Part shown: positions 28,460 through 38,298 of the stretch, piece by piece | Position numbering within the stretch: the first letter of the stretch is position 1 | Layout: the number at the start of each line of letters is the position of its first letter | NCBI GenBank assembly: GCA_965207735.1 | Contig: OZ242296.1 | Location: 96,001 to 160,000 of the forward strand | From: Candidatus Versatilivorator sp. | GTDB taxonomy: Bacteria; Acidobacteriota; Terriglobia; Versatilivoradales; Versatilivoraceae | DNA length: 64,000 bases | Reading direction: 5' to 3' | Position numbers and translations under genes: made by a program | The notes under the pieces: model-generated | The model's database searches: none | Told to the model about the DNA's origin: nothing | Seen by the model: the letters and a program-made list of their open reading frames with translations, nothing else

Positions 28460-30433
28460 GTGAACCGGCAAACCTTGTACCCCTGGAAAAGCAGCGGGAC
28501 CGCCACCCGGGCAACCTGCTTTGGGCCGGCGCTGGTGGCCTTGGCGCTGCTGCCCCATGCGGTGGCCCAGGAAATGCCGGCTCCGGAACCCACCGAGCCG
28601 GAGGCCCACTGGATCTATCCGCTGGGAGGACGGCCGGACACCCGCCTGAAGGCCGAGGTCGAAGGCCGGTTGCTGCAGGAGGTGCACGCGGTCTGGTCTC
28701 CTGAGCCGGGCCTCAAAGGCGCCATCCTGGAAGTCCGCCCGGTTTCGGAACAGAAAAAGGAGGGGTCCGAGAAGGGCGGTTACGGAGACAAGGACAAGGC
28801 GCCCACTCAACGGGTTACCCTCGAGTTGGAGATAGATCCCGATGTCCCGAGCGGGGTCCACTCCCTCCACCTGGTTTCCGGACGTGGGATCTCCAATCCG
28901 CTAAGCTTCCTGGTCAGCCCCGATCCGGTCATGGAGGAGTCCGAGATAACGGGTGGGGTTGACTCCAAGCCCCGGACCATCCGTCCCCCGGTCATCCTCA
29001 ACGGCAGGCTCTCCCGAGACGGGGAAGTGGACAGCTACGCGCTGGAGGTGACGGCTGGGGAAGACCTCGCTTTCCAGCTCTTCAGCCCGGCCGAGACTTT
29101 CAGGCAAATCCTCAGGCTGCACAGCGACGAGGGAAGCTGGCTGCACGGAAACCGACCCGCGGAGCTGGAGTTCAGCCACAAGGGCAGCTACAGGCCCTCG
29201 CCGGCCAAGCACTGGCGTCATCGCTTTCACCGTGGCGGTCGCTATCTGATCGGGGTGGGGTCGGTCTACGGCAGGGCCGAACCCGAATTCGTCTATCAGC
29301 TCCGCATCGTGCCGGCTGGAGACGGATCGGCATACGGGGAATGGCCCGGTTCCGAGGGTCCGGTCAAGTGGAGCGAGCGACGGTACCTCAGGGAGTTGAC
29401 CCCGAACAGGCTGCGCCGGCTCCGGGCGCGCACGGTCAAGCCCGCCGGGGATGCGCCCCGGTCCAAGGCAGGCCCGGAATCCGACAAGCATTCGAGGGAG
29501 ACCACGGGCACAGCGGCCCCACCCGGTCCATCTTCGGACGGCGCCAATCCTGCCCCGGTGGTCTTTGAAGAAAAAGAGCCCAACGGAAATCGCGAGCGGG
29601 CCCCAGTGGTTGCGCTGCCGGCTCTGATCGGCGGCAGCATCGAAGTTCCCGGGGACGTGGATTTCTATCGATTTCAACTTTCGGCAGGGCAGACGCTGGT
29701 CTTTGAGGTGGAAACCCCGCGGGTGTCGCCGCCGGCCTTCAGTCCCAGCCTCAAGGTGTTGGATTCCGCCGGCCACCAATTGTTCGACAACAAGCACCGC
29801 AAGATTGCTCTGACCCGTCAGGACCCCATTTTTCTGGTGGAGTTGCTCAAGCTCCATCTCCCTGACCGGGGAAGCTGCAGCATCGGATCTCTTGCCTTTT
29901 TCGAGTCGCTGGAGGCCAAGATGGTGGCCGAGTTCGGCGTTGCCGGAGAGTACACGCTGCAGATCGGCGACCTGACCTCCCAGCAGGGCCGTTCGGACCA
30001 TGCTTACCGGGTTCTGATTCGCCCCGCCATTCCGCACGTGGGAGAGCTTGAGCTCGAAGGGGATCGTATCAATCTCACACGGGGCCAAGTCAGAACGCTG
30101 AAAGTGACCACCGGCCTGGAAGAGGGCTATTCGGGCCAGGTGGCCCTGAGCCTGGAAGGCCTGCCTCCCGGGGTGGCGCCCTTGACCGGCACGGAAGTGG
30201 AGCTCCCCAGCCCCATCGGGCCCACCACCGAGAGCCGAAAAAGCTTCCTGGGGTTCAGCGAGAAGGCCGTTATCCTGTTGCGGGCCGATGAGCAGGCGCC
30301 ATTGACGGACCTGCCGGTGCGGGTCAAGGTGTGGGCGCGGCCGGCTGTCGACAATGAGCTGGGAGACCGGCTGCCGGTGGGAGAGTTTCCACTCATGGTG
30401 ATTGATGCGCGGGAACAGGCGTCCGGTTCGTGA
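28460..30433 (+). CDS. PPC-domain (Planctomycete 'peptidase'-type) secreted protein
   Basis: IYPLGG start, GISNPL, NGRL..DGEVD.Y, EKEPN, PGDVDFYRF; sits upstream of DUF1549/1553. Confidence 0.75.
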   Translation: MNRQTLYPWKSSGTATRATCFGPALVALALLPHAVAQEMPAPEPTEPEAHWIYPLGGRPDTRLKAEVEGRLLQEVHAVWSPEPGLKGAILEVRPVSEQKKEGSEKGGYGDKDKAPTQRVTLELEIDPDVPSGVHSLHLVSGRGISNPLSFLVSPDPVMEESEITGGVDSKPRTIRPPVILNGRLSRDGEVDSYALEVTAGEDLAFQLFSPAETFRQILRLHSDEGSWLHGNRPAELEFSHKGSYRPSPAKHWRHRFHRGGRYLIGVGSVYGRAEPEFVYQLRIVPAGDGSAYGEWPGSEGPVKWSERRYLRELTPNRLRRLRARTVKPAGDAPRSKAGPESDKHSRETTGTAAPPGPSSDGANPAPVVFEEKEPNGNRERAPVVALPALIGGSIEVPGDVDFYRFQLSAGQTLVFEVETPRVSPPAFSPSLKVLDSAGHQLFDNKHRKIALTRQDPIFLVELLKLHLPDRGSCSIGSLAFFESLEAKMVAEFGVAGEYTLQIGDLTSQQGRSDHAYRVLIRPAIPHVGELELEGDRINLTRGQVRTLKVTTGLEEGYSGQVALSLEGLPPGVAPLTGTEVELPSPIGPTTESRKSFLGFSEKAVILLRADEQAPLTDLPVRVKVWARPAVDNELGDRLPVGEFPLMVIDAREQASGS

Positions 30434-30479
30434 GCCAGAGGGACCCTCGGGTGGAATCGGCAGGGTCCGGAGGTGTTTC

Positions 30480-33062
30480 ATGGGGAAACCTGATTGGAAG
30501 AGACTTGTCCGGGGGTTGGTGTTGAGCCTCCTGCCGATCCTGGCGCCCGTACAGCTGGAAGCGGAGAAAGATAGCCGACCCCAGTCCGCAGAAGCGGCAG
30601 CGGGCCCGAACGGCTCGGCAGGCTCCGGCCAATTCCGTTCCCCCGAGAGTCTGCGGGACGTTCGCCTGGTTCCCTCTCAGGTGAGGCTGCAAGGGGAAGG
30701 GGCCTCGCAATCCTTCCTGGTGGTGGCCACCGATGCTCGGGGGCTGGAAGTCGATCTCACCTCCGAGTCGCGGTTCAGCCTGTCGGATGACCGGTTGGCA
30801 GAGGTCGGACCCGAGGGGCTGCTGAGAGCGCACCGGGACGGAGAGGTCAGACTGCGGGCCGAGGTCGCCGGACGGAGACTGGAGGCAGCGGTTGATATCG
30901 AAGGGACCGCACGGGCCAGGCCCTTCGACTTCGCTCGGGATGTGGTCGGGATCTTTACCCGCAACGGTTGCAACGGCAGTGAATGCCACGGCGGGGTCAA
31001 GGGCCGGGGCGGCTTCAAGCTTTCCCTGCACGGTATCAATCCCCGGGAGGACTACCGCTGGACCGTCGAGGGCGGGGTCTATCAGGTGTTGTCCCCCAAG
31101 GCCGCCGAGCCCTTCGACCCTCGGGTAAACCTGGAAGAGCCGCGACAGAGCCGATTGCTGCTGAAGCCCGCGCTGGAGCTGCCCCACGGGGGAGGACAGC
31201 GCTTCGAGAGGGACTCGGCCGACTACCGGCGGCTGCTGGAATGGATTCGCCGGGGGGCTCCCTATGGGGACGGTGGGTCGGAGTCCCGGATCGAGCGCCT
31301 GGAGGTCTTTCCGCCAGAGGCAATCATGGAGCCAGGCACTCGGCGACGACTCCTGGTGACCGCTTTTCTCGAGGACGGCCGCAGTGAAGACCTGAGTCCC
31401 GAGGTGCTTTACGAGAGCAGCGACCCCGCGGTGATCGAGGTCAGCCCGGAGGGTGTGGTGCGCGCCCTCAAGCCGGGGCAGGCCAGAGTGGCGGTGAGGG
31501 CGGAGGGGAAGCTGGTCCAGGTCCGCTGCGGGGTGATTCGACAACCGCTGGCCCAATATCCGGAGGTGGCCGGAGGCAATTTCATCGATGACCGGGTTTT
31601 CGACCGGCTGCGAGACCTGCACATCGTTCCGGCGGGCCTCTCGAGCGATTCCGCCTTCCTGCGCCGGGTCTGTCTGGACCTGACGGGGACCCTTCCGCCT
31701 CCTGCCCGCGTGCGCGAGTTCCTGGCCGACCGGGACCCTCTGAAGCGGGAGCATCTGATCGAGCGATTGCTGAACTCGCCCGAATTTATCGACTACTGGA
31801 CCTTCCGCTTCGCCGACTTCTTCCGGGTGGTCTATCGCAATGCCTACAGTTACAAGAGCTGGATTCGGGAAAGCCTGGCCCGCAACAAGCCCTACGACCA
31901 GATGGCCCGCGAACGGGTGGCGGGCCAGGGCAACGGGGGGGCCACCCGGCATTTCATCAAGTCGATCAGCGGGGAGATCATGCGTCCCCACGAGAAGATG
32001 GGGGAGGACGTCCGGGTCTTCCTGGGGATACGCCTGGATTGCGCACAGTGCCACGACCATCCCTACGAGACCTGGACCCAGGATCAGTTCTGGGGAATTA
32101 CCGCCTTCTACGGACAACTGACCCGAATCCGCACCCTCTCGATCTTCATGGATGACATTTCGGGAAACGAGGAGCAGCCCGAGGGACCCAAGGTGATTCA
32201 CCCGCGCCGCCGGCGGGAAGTGGTCCCCAGTTTCCTGGACGGCTCTCCGCCTCTGGCCCTGAGCAACAACCCTCGGGACCAACTGGCAGACTGGATGACC
32301 TCGCCCGAGAACCCCTATTTCAGCCAGGCCATCGTCAACCGGGTGTGGGCCAACTTCTTCGGAAGGGGCCTGGTCGAACCGGTGGACGATTTCAGACCCG
32401 GAAACCCTCCCAGCCACCCCGAGCTGCTGGAGGCCCTGGCCGAGGATTTCCGGCGCAGCGGCTACGATCTCAGGCACCTGATGCGGGCCATCACCCGGTC
32501 CGGAACCTATCAGCTGTCCGGAGAGCTCAACCCCACCAACCGGGAGGATGAGGTCAACCACTCCCGGGCGCTGCCTCGCCGGTTGGACGCCGAGATCCTG
32601 CTGGATGCCATTTCACAGGTGACCGGCATCGAGGAGGCCTTTGCCGTACACGACTACGTGGGCGGGGGCACCGAGCCCAAGGGAACCCGGGCTATCGAAC
32701 TGGTTCCCGAAGTCACTCCCTCTCAGTTCCTGGAAGTCTACGGGCGACCCGTCAGCCGGGACAGCATGCCCTGGCGCGACTACCGTTCCACGCTCAGGCA
32801 GGCGCTGCACCTGCTGGTCGGTTCCACCTACACCACCAAGATCGGGGCCGAGGGAGGCCGGGTCGATCAACTGCTGTCGGCCGGCGCCTCCGACCGGAAG
32901 ATCGTTCGGGAACTCTATCTGGCCGCCCTGTCCCGCTATCCCACGGCCGAAGAGGAAACCCGGCTCCAGGCCCTGATCGAGGGAGCCCCGTTTCGCCGCA
33001 AGGGTGTCGAAAACCTGGCTTGGGGGTTGCTGGCCTCCCGCCAGTTTACCTATAATCATTGA
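30480..33062 (+). CDS. DUF1549/DUF1553 domain protein with Ig-like (Big_2) domains
   Basis: CNGSECHG...GGFKLSL, FLRRVCLDLTG, CAQCHDHP, NRVWANFFGRGLVEPVDD and PSHPELL motifs. Confidence 0.92.
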   Translation: MGKPDWKRLVRGLVLSLLPILAPVQLEAEKDSRPQSAEAAAGPNGSAGSGQFRSPESLRDVRLVPSQVRLQGEGASQSFLVVATDARGLEVDLTSESRFSLSDDRLAEVGPEGLLRAHRDGEVRLRAEVAGRRLEAAVDIEGTARARPFDFARDVVGIFTRNGCNGSECHGGVKGRGGFKLSLHGINPREDYRWTVEGGVYQVLSPKAAEPFDPRVNLEEPRQSRLLLKPALELPHGGGQRFERDSADYRRLLEWIRRGAPYGDGGSESRIERLEVFPPEAIMEPGTRRRLLVTAFLEDGRSEDLSPEVLYESSDPAVIEVSPEGVVRALKPGQARVAVRAEGKLVQVRCGVIRQPLAQYPEVAGGNFIDDRVFDRLRDLHIVPAGLSSDSAFLRRVCLDLTGTLPPPARVREFLADRDPLKREHLIERLLNSPEFIDYWTFRFADFFRVVYRNAYSYKSWIRESLARNKPYDQMARERVAGQGNGGATRHFIKSISGEIMRPHEKMGEDVRVFLGIRLDCAQCHDHPYETWTQDQFWGITAFYGQLTRIRTLSIFMDDISGNEEQPEGPKVIHPRRRREVVPSFLDGSPPLALSNNPRDQLADWMTSPENPYFSQAIVNRVWANFFGRGLVEPVDDFRPGNPPSHPELLEALAEDFRRSGYDLRHLMRAITRSGTYQLSGELNPTNREDEVNHSRALPRRLDAEILLDAISQVTGIEEAFAVHDYVGGGTEPKGTRAIELVPEVTPSQFLEVYGRPVSRDSMPWRDYRSTLRQALHLLVGSTYTTKIGAEGGRVDQLLSAGASDRKIVRELYLAALSRYPTAEEETRLQALIEGAPFRRKGVENLAWGLLASRQFTYNH

Positions 33063-33073
33063 GGGAAACGCGT

Positions 33074-34408
33074 ATGGACCTGTCGATCGATCAGCTTGGT
33101 TGCTGCCGGCCCCGCCGGGAATTCCTCAGAGTCGGCGCTCTCAGCCTGTTGGGCCTGAGCCTGAGGCAGTACCTGGCCCTGGAAGCGGCCACCCCTGCCG
33201 CCGCCCGTTCGGGGCGAAAAGCCCAGGCCTGCATTCTGCTGTGGCTGGAGGGCGGGCCCTCCCAGATCGACACCTGGGACCCCAAGCCCCACAGTCCATT
33301 CAATGCCATTCCCACCCGGGCCGACGGCATTCAGATCTCGGAGCTCTTTCCCCGGATCGCCGGCCACATGGACAAGCTGGCCATTGTCCGCTCCATGCAC
33401 ACCGAGGAGAACAACCACCCTCAGGGTACCCACTACGCCCTGACCGGCCACCGGCCCAATCCGGCCTTGAAGTTTCCCAGCCTGGGTTCGATCATCTCCA
33501 AGGAGTTGGGGCCGAGGAACAACCTTCCGCCCTACATGATGGTCCCGGAGCATCAGGAGACCGATTTCTTTTCCTACATGGATGCCTACACCTCGGCCTT
33601 TTTGGGTTCGGAATACGATCCCATCATTCTGCCCGATCCCAGCAAGGAGTCCTTTCAGATTCCGGACCTGTCCTTGCCCGATACCCTGACGGCTGCCGAT
33701 ATTGCCGACCGCCGGTCGTTTATGCAGGCGGTGGACCTTGGGTTCCGCCGGAAGGAGAAACATGCCGAATTCGGCAGGATGGACCGCTTCACCAACCAGG
33801 CCCTGACCATGCTGCTTTCGCCCAGCGTCAAGCAGGCCTTCGATCTGTCCCAGGAGTCGGACCGGACCAAGGAGGCCTACGGACGCACCCGAGTCGGTCA
33901 AAGCGTGCTGCTGGCTCGTCGCCTGGTGGAAGCCGGCTGTCGCTTTGTGACCACCTCCGGATACGCTCACGGGGCCTGGGACACCCACAAGGACAACGAC
34001 CAGAGGCTGCGGGACAATCTGGCTCCCACCCTGGACCAGACCCTTTCCGCCTTGCTGGAGGACCTGCAGCAGCGCGGGCTGCTGGACTCCACCGTGGTGC
34101 TGGCCATGGGCGAGTTCGGCCGCACCCCCCACCTGAATGCCAACAATGGGCGGGATCACTATCCGGACTGCTGGTCGTTGATATTGGGGGGTGGAGGCAT
34201 TCAGGGCGGGCGAGTGGTAGGCGCCAGCGACGAGCAGGGCGCCCAGGTGGCCGAACGGAGGGTCACCATGGGCGACCTCTTCGCCACCATCTACAAGGCC
34301 ATGGGCATCGATTGGACCAAGGAGTACGTCAATCCCGGAGGCCGTCCCCTCTACATCGCCAACTCCATCGATGATGTCATGGGGCAGCCACTCCACGAGC
34401 TGGTGTGA
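33074..34408 (+). CDS. DUF1501 domain protein (Tat signal)
   Basis: RREFL, GGPSQIDTWDPKP, ARRLVEAG, WDTH, GEFGRTP and GRDH motifs. Confidence 0.93.
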   Translation: MDLSIDQLGCCRPRREFLRVGALSLLGLSLRQYLALEAATPAAARSGRKAQACILLWLEGGPSQIDTWDPKPHSPFNAIPTRADGIQISELFPRIAGHMDKLAIVRSMHTEENNHPQGTHYALTGHRPNPALKFPSLGSIISKELGPRNNLPPYMMVPEHQETDFFSYMDAYTSAFLGSEYDPIILPDPSKESFQIPDLSLPDTLTAADIADRRSFMQAVDLGFRRKEKHAEFGRMDRFTNQALTMLLSPSVKQAFDLSQESDRTKEAYGRTRVGQSVLLARRLVEAGCRFVTTSGYAHGAWDTHKDNDQRLRDNLAPTLDQTLSALLEDLQQRGLLDSTVVLAMGEFGRTPHLNANNGRDHYPDCWSLILGGGGIQGGRVVGASDEQGAQVAERRVTMGDLFATIYKAMGIDWTKEYVNPGGRPLYIANSIDDVMGQPLHELV

Positions 34409-34437
34409 CCGGCCGGTAGTTGTTCCTTCCTTTTCCC

Positions 34438-35643
34438 CTAATAGGCAGCCTGCAGGATGCCCTCCAGGTCATCTACCGTGGCCTGCCGGGGATTGCTGCG
34501 CATGAGCCGCTTGATCCCGAAGGCCGCTTCTGCGAAGGATCGGAGCTGGTGTTCCTGCACTCCGATTTCCCGGAGCTTGTCGGGGATGCCGATTTCCTTT
34601 CTCAAGGATCGCACCCGCTCGATGGCGGCATCGGCGGCAGCCTCGGCGGACAAGCCCTCCACCTGGAGGCCCATCAGTTCGGCCAGGCGGGCCAGGGGCT
34701 CCACCCGGGCCGGTTTGTTGAATTCCATCACATAGGGCAGCAGCAGGCCGTTGCCGCAGCCGTGGGAGCAGTGAACCGCTCCACCAATGGGATACTCCAG
34801 CGCGTGAACCGCTCCCACGCCCACGTTGCTGAAACCCATTCCCGCAATGAGTGCCGCCAGGTGCATGCCCTCCCTTGCCGTCAGATCCTGGCCGTTGCTG
34901 ACGGCGTCGGCCAGGTGCCGCACGATCAGCCCGACCGCCGGCTCCACCATGGCGTTCCCCAGGGGATTACGTCCCTGATAGATGGAAATCTCGCCCTCGG
35001 GGATTTCAAGATGGGAGCTGTCGGTGGCCATGAAGGCTTCCACGGCGTGGGTGAGGGCGTCGATGCCGCTGTCTGCCGTGGCCTTGGGGGGACAGGTGAC
35101 GGTCATGAGCGGATCCACCACCGCCGCCCGGGGCCTCAGGTAGTTGCTGGCGATGGCCACCTTGATGTTGTTCTCGGTGTCGGTCAGGATTCCCGCGTGG
35201 GTGACCTCGGAACCTGTCCCGGCCGTTGTGGGCACCGCGATCAGCGGCAGGATGGGGCCCGGAACCTTCCCTTCACCCATGTAGTCCCGGGGTTGGCCTC
35301 CGTGGGTGAGCAGGACGCCCACTGTCTTGGCCAGGTCCATGTTGCTGCCGCCTCCCAGCCCCACCAGCAGGTCCGGTTTGTGCCGGGAGGCGAAGTCGTG
35401 GCAGCGGAGCAGGGCGGCAATGGAAGGCTCCGGCTCCCCGCCGTCAAAGAGGGTGACCCGCACACCCCCGGCAGCCAGCCGGGACTGCACCTGGTCGGCC
35501 AGACCGGCTTTCACTAGAGCCTTGTCGGTCACCACCAGGGCATGGCCGGCTCCCAACTCCCGAGCAATCTCACCCAGTTGATCGGTGGCGCCTCTGCCGA
35601 AGTGAATGGCTCCCGCAGTGTGAAAACTCCATGTGGTCCGCAT
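34438..35643 (-). CDS. Iron-containing alcohol dehydrogenase
   Basis: GGGSNMD.AK, PTTAGTGSE, DALTHAVE, HALEY..G and HG..N motifs. Confidence 0.93.
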   Translation of the reverse strand: MRTTWSFHTAGAIHFGRGATDQLGEIARELGAGHALVVTDKALVKAGLADQVQSRLAAGGVRVTLFDGGEPEPSIAALLRCHDFASRHKPDLLVGLGGGSNMDLAKTVGVLLTHGGQPRDYMGEGKVPGPILPLIAVPTTAGTGSEVTHAGILTDTENNIKVAIASNYLRPRAAVVDPLMTVTCPPKATADSGIDALTHAVEAFMATDSSHLEIPEGEISIYQGRNPLGNAMVEPAVGLIVRHLADAVSNGQDLTAREGMHLAALIAGMGFSNVGVGAVHALEYPIGGAVHCSHGCGNGLLLPYVMEFNKPARVEPLARLAELMGLQVEGLSAEAAADAAIERVRSLRKEIGIPDKLREIGVQEHQLRSFAEAAFGIKRLMRSNPRQATVDDLEGILQAAY

Positions 35644-35814
35644 GCCGGTCTCCCTCCCCATGAACCGTTTCCGATAGTCAGATAGATGAAATCCAGCGCA
35701 GAGTATAAAGATTCCTTGGCCGCGTGTCACCGTCCCGAGTGGTTCGGCAGAAGGCGAAGGCTGATGAGGTGGGGGGAACCGGCCCGGCGCCGGGGATCGA
35801 TATTTTTCCAACAA

Positions 35815-36110
35815 ACATCGATGCACAGGATGCACAGGATAGGCAGGACGAGAGATTGCTGCAGGGGAAGCCCGCTCGCGCGATACGACAGGCTCGATGC
35901 CCGCTACTGGGGCAAGGCAGTGGATGACAATAATCCTGTGCATCCTGTGTATCCATGTTGATTAAAAAAAATAAACCAACATGGATTAACAGGATAACCA
36001 GGACGAGACACTGCGGCGGGGAAAGCTAACTCCGGCGAAGATCGGGTGCGGCATTGCAGATGCTCAGGAATGCAAGCGAGCCGTTTCCTGAAAATCCTGT
36101 GCATCGATGC
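35815..36110. repeat. Cluster of 9-bp periodic inverted repeats (CACAGGATG / CATCCTGTG)
   Basis: acatcgatgcacaggatgcacaggat, aatcctgtgcatcctgtgtatccatgtt, aacatggattaacaggataaccagga and aatcctgtgcatcgatg. Confidence 0.75.
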
Positions 36111-36328
36111 AAGTCATCCCCAAAAAACCGCGCCGATCGACTGAAATCCGGCTGGTCAGGGACTTCCTGGTCCGTCCGAACCGTTGGCAGATCCCTCATG
36201 AGCCTTCTACGACCCCTTAGCCCATCTTTAACACGGCTTCCAAGTATACGTTTATTATCAACAGGTTACAAAAGGCTCAACGCGCAAGTGGCACTACAAA
36301 CGCGTTGAAACCGGAGATTTTGGAGGAA

Positions 36329-38143
36329 TCAGACGATCATCTTGCGGATCCCTCCAGGAGAGGGATCGATGCCCAGGGCGTCGTAGATGGCCCTCTGATC
36401 GGGTTCGGCCCGTGTGGCCTTGCGGACGTGCAAGGTCCGCCCGTCCTGACGCCGGAAGGTGACCGTGACCCGCTGCTGTCCTTCCAGGATGCGCCGCAGC
36501 GTGGTCCAACTGGAGGCCTCGCCGCGCTGCTTGAGGCGTTTGCGGATGACCTGCACCAGTTGATAGGCGATGACCGTCAGAAACAGGTGACCTTCCGAGC
36601 GCACCGGCTTGTGATGATAGATGGGCCGCAGGCCCAGCTCGGACTTCAGGGAGCGAAACACCGCTTCCACGTCGGTCAGAGTCGTGTAGGTACGCCAGAG
36701 ACTTTCCTCGTCCCAGTCAGTCTGGTTGCTGCGCAGGCAGTAGACCCCCGGATGGGTGGCCATCGAGCCCTGGCGGGGACGGTGCTTCCATCTCAGCGCT
36801 GTCGCCTTGCGGCCGCTCTCGTCGGTGAGGACCTCGATGCTGTAGTGTTGCCCCACCCCGCGGCTCTGTTCCTTCAGCCGCCCGATCCTCTCCCGGACCT
36901 TCTCGACGCCTTTGTGAGTCCGCGGCCGGGAAAGCCCCTCGGAGAGTCGGGTGAGCCCCTGCTCGAAGCGCCGGCTGAAGCGCTCCACGATGCCCTTCTC
37001 CTTCTCAGCCCGCTGCTGTGAGCGGCAGTAGAGACGCACTTCCTGCCCGTCGTCGGAGATCTCCTTGTGGAGCTGCAGCTCGGCCTTGGAAGCCGTCTCC
37101 ACCGTCACGGCCGCCTCGGCATCGAACTGCCTCCGGCCCTGGCGGCTGGCCACCAGGTAGCGATACCCTTCCTCCCTCAACCACTGGATCCGGTCCTCGG
37201 TCGCCACCCCCCGATCCATCACCACCAAGGCTCCCCGGGGCGCCTCCAGCGCCTCCAGCATCCCCTCCAGGGTGCGGGGCTCATCCACCCTACCGGCAAA
37301 GACCTCCGAGCGGCGCACAAACCCCGCCCCGTCCAGCACCAACCCCAGCGTCAGCAGCCGACAGTCGCTGCGCTTGTCCTTCGAGTGGCCCCGCTCGGCC
37401 TTGGGCTGATGGCTGGCCGCCCCTTCGAAGAAGGTGTTGGTCAGATCGAACAGGGTGACGGTCGGCTCCAGATCGAACAACCCCATGGCCCGGGTGAAGA
37501 GGTGACGCTCGATGGCCTCCCGATGCTTCATCAGCGCGTCCGAGGCCCGATACATCTGCATCAGACTCAGGCTCTCGAAGTCAACCTCCAGCAACTCGCC
37601 CAAGCCGCTGCGCCGCCTGAGCCAGCCCCAGGTGGCCCTCTCCGAGCCCGGTCGGGCCAGACGGCCTACCATGGCCCCCAACGCCGCTGCCCGCATCGGT
37701 CCGTTCAGCCCTAACTCGGTCAGCAGATCCCCCAGCCCCAACTGCTCCAGCGCCCAGCAACCGACCTGCTCCACCCCCACGCTGCGCGGACGTGTCAAGG
37801 CCACCGAATCCACCTCGACCGTCTGCAGGTCCTCTGAGGCGGCCTCCCCGCCAACGCCGGTCACGTCGGCTTCGCCCTCAAGCAAGCGCTGGGCCATGCG
37901 TTGGGCTTCCTCCTCCAACGGGGTGGAAGCCACCGGCAAGAGAGGCAACTGACCGGTGAGGATCTGATCGAGACGGCGGCACAACAAGGGCCAGTCCTCA
38001 CGGGGGATCGAGAAGTGTCGACCGAGGTTGAGGAGGGTCTGCTGGCGGACCTTGCCACTGACGCGATGGGAGCGGACGAGGCGGTGGGTGAAGTAGGTCT
38101 GTCCGGAATGGAGGCTGCGGGTCTGGGTGCGTCGGATGAACAT
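36329..38143 (-). CDS. IS1634-family transposase
   Basis: MFIRRT..Y...LV.S.R..GKVRQ.TLLNLG, FDLTNTFFEG, GHSKDKRSD, MDRG and VEAVFRSLKSELGLRPIYH motifs. Confidence 0.94.
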   Translation of the reverse strand: MFIRRTQTRSLHSGQTYFTHRLVRSHRVSGKVRQQTLLNLGRHFSIPREDWPLLCRRLDQILTGQLPLLPVASTPLEEEAQRMAQRLLEGEADVTGVGGEAASEDLQTVEVDSVALTRPRSVGVEQVGCWALEQLGLGDLLTELGLNGPMRAAALGAMVGRLARPGSERATWGWLRRRSGLGELLEVDFESLSLMQMYRASDALMKHREAIERHLFTRAMGLFDLEPTVTLFDLTNTFFEGAASHQPKAERGHSKDKRSDCRLLTLGLVLDGAGFVRRSEVFAGRVDEPRTLEGMLEALEAPRGALVVMDRGVATEDRIQWLREEGYRYLVASRQGRRQFDAEAAVTVETASKAELQLHKEISDDGQEVRLYCRSQQRAEKEKGIVERFSRRFEQGLTRLSEGLSRPRTHKGVEKVRERIGRLKEQSRGVGQHYSIEVLTDESGRKATALRWKHRPRQGSMATHPGVYCLRSNQTDWDEESLWRTYTTLTDVEAVFRSLKSELGLRPIYHHKPVRSEGHLFLTVIAYQLVQVIRKRLKQRGEASSWTTLRRILEGQQRVTVTFRRQDGRTLHVRKATRAEPDQRAIYDALGIDPSPGGIRKMIV

Positions 38144-38298
38144 GGGAGGGACGCTACCAGAGGAGAGAGAGGGGGTCAAGCCCATCCCATACGATTATGG
38201 CACTACATTCACCTCCTCAACCAAGAATCAACAACTTACGGGTGGTTTTAGGCTAAAATGGGGGTAAAATACCTCAAATCGGCCGTTTCTTTGTTAAA

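Noticed and set aside
30393-32561. Long antisense ORFs (here, and 15-1403, 21026-22615, 44977-46371, 52165-53880 and others)
   Set aside because: They are shadows of real genes caused by high-GC codon bias, with no recognisable motifs.
34438-35943. N-terminal extensions in the ORF track (Fe-ADH, purM, fhs, dehydratase, dipeptidase, PhyH)
   Set aside because: The extensions run through repeats or intergenic DNA; family similarity and RBS placement support the downstream starts.
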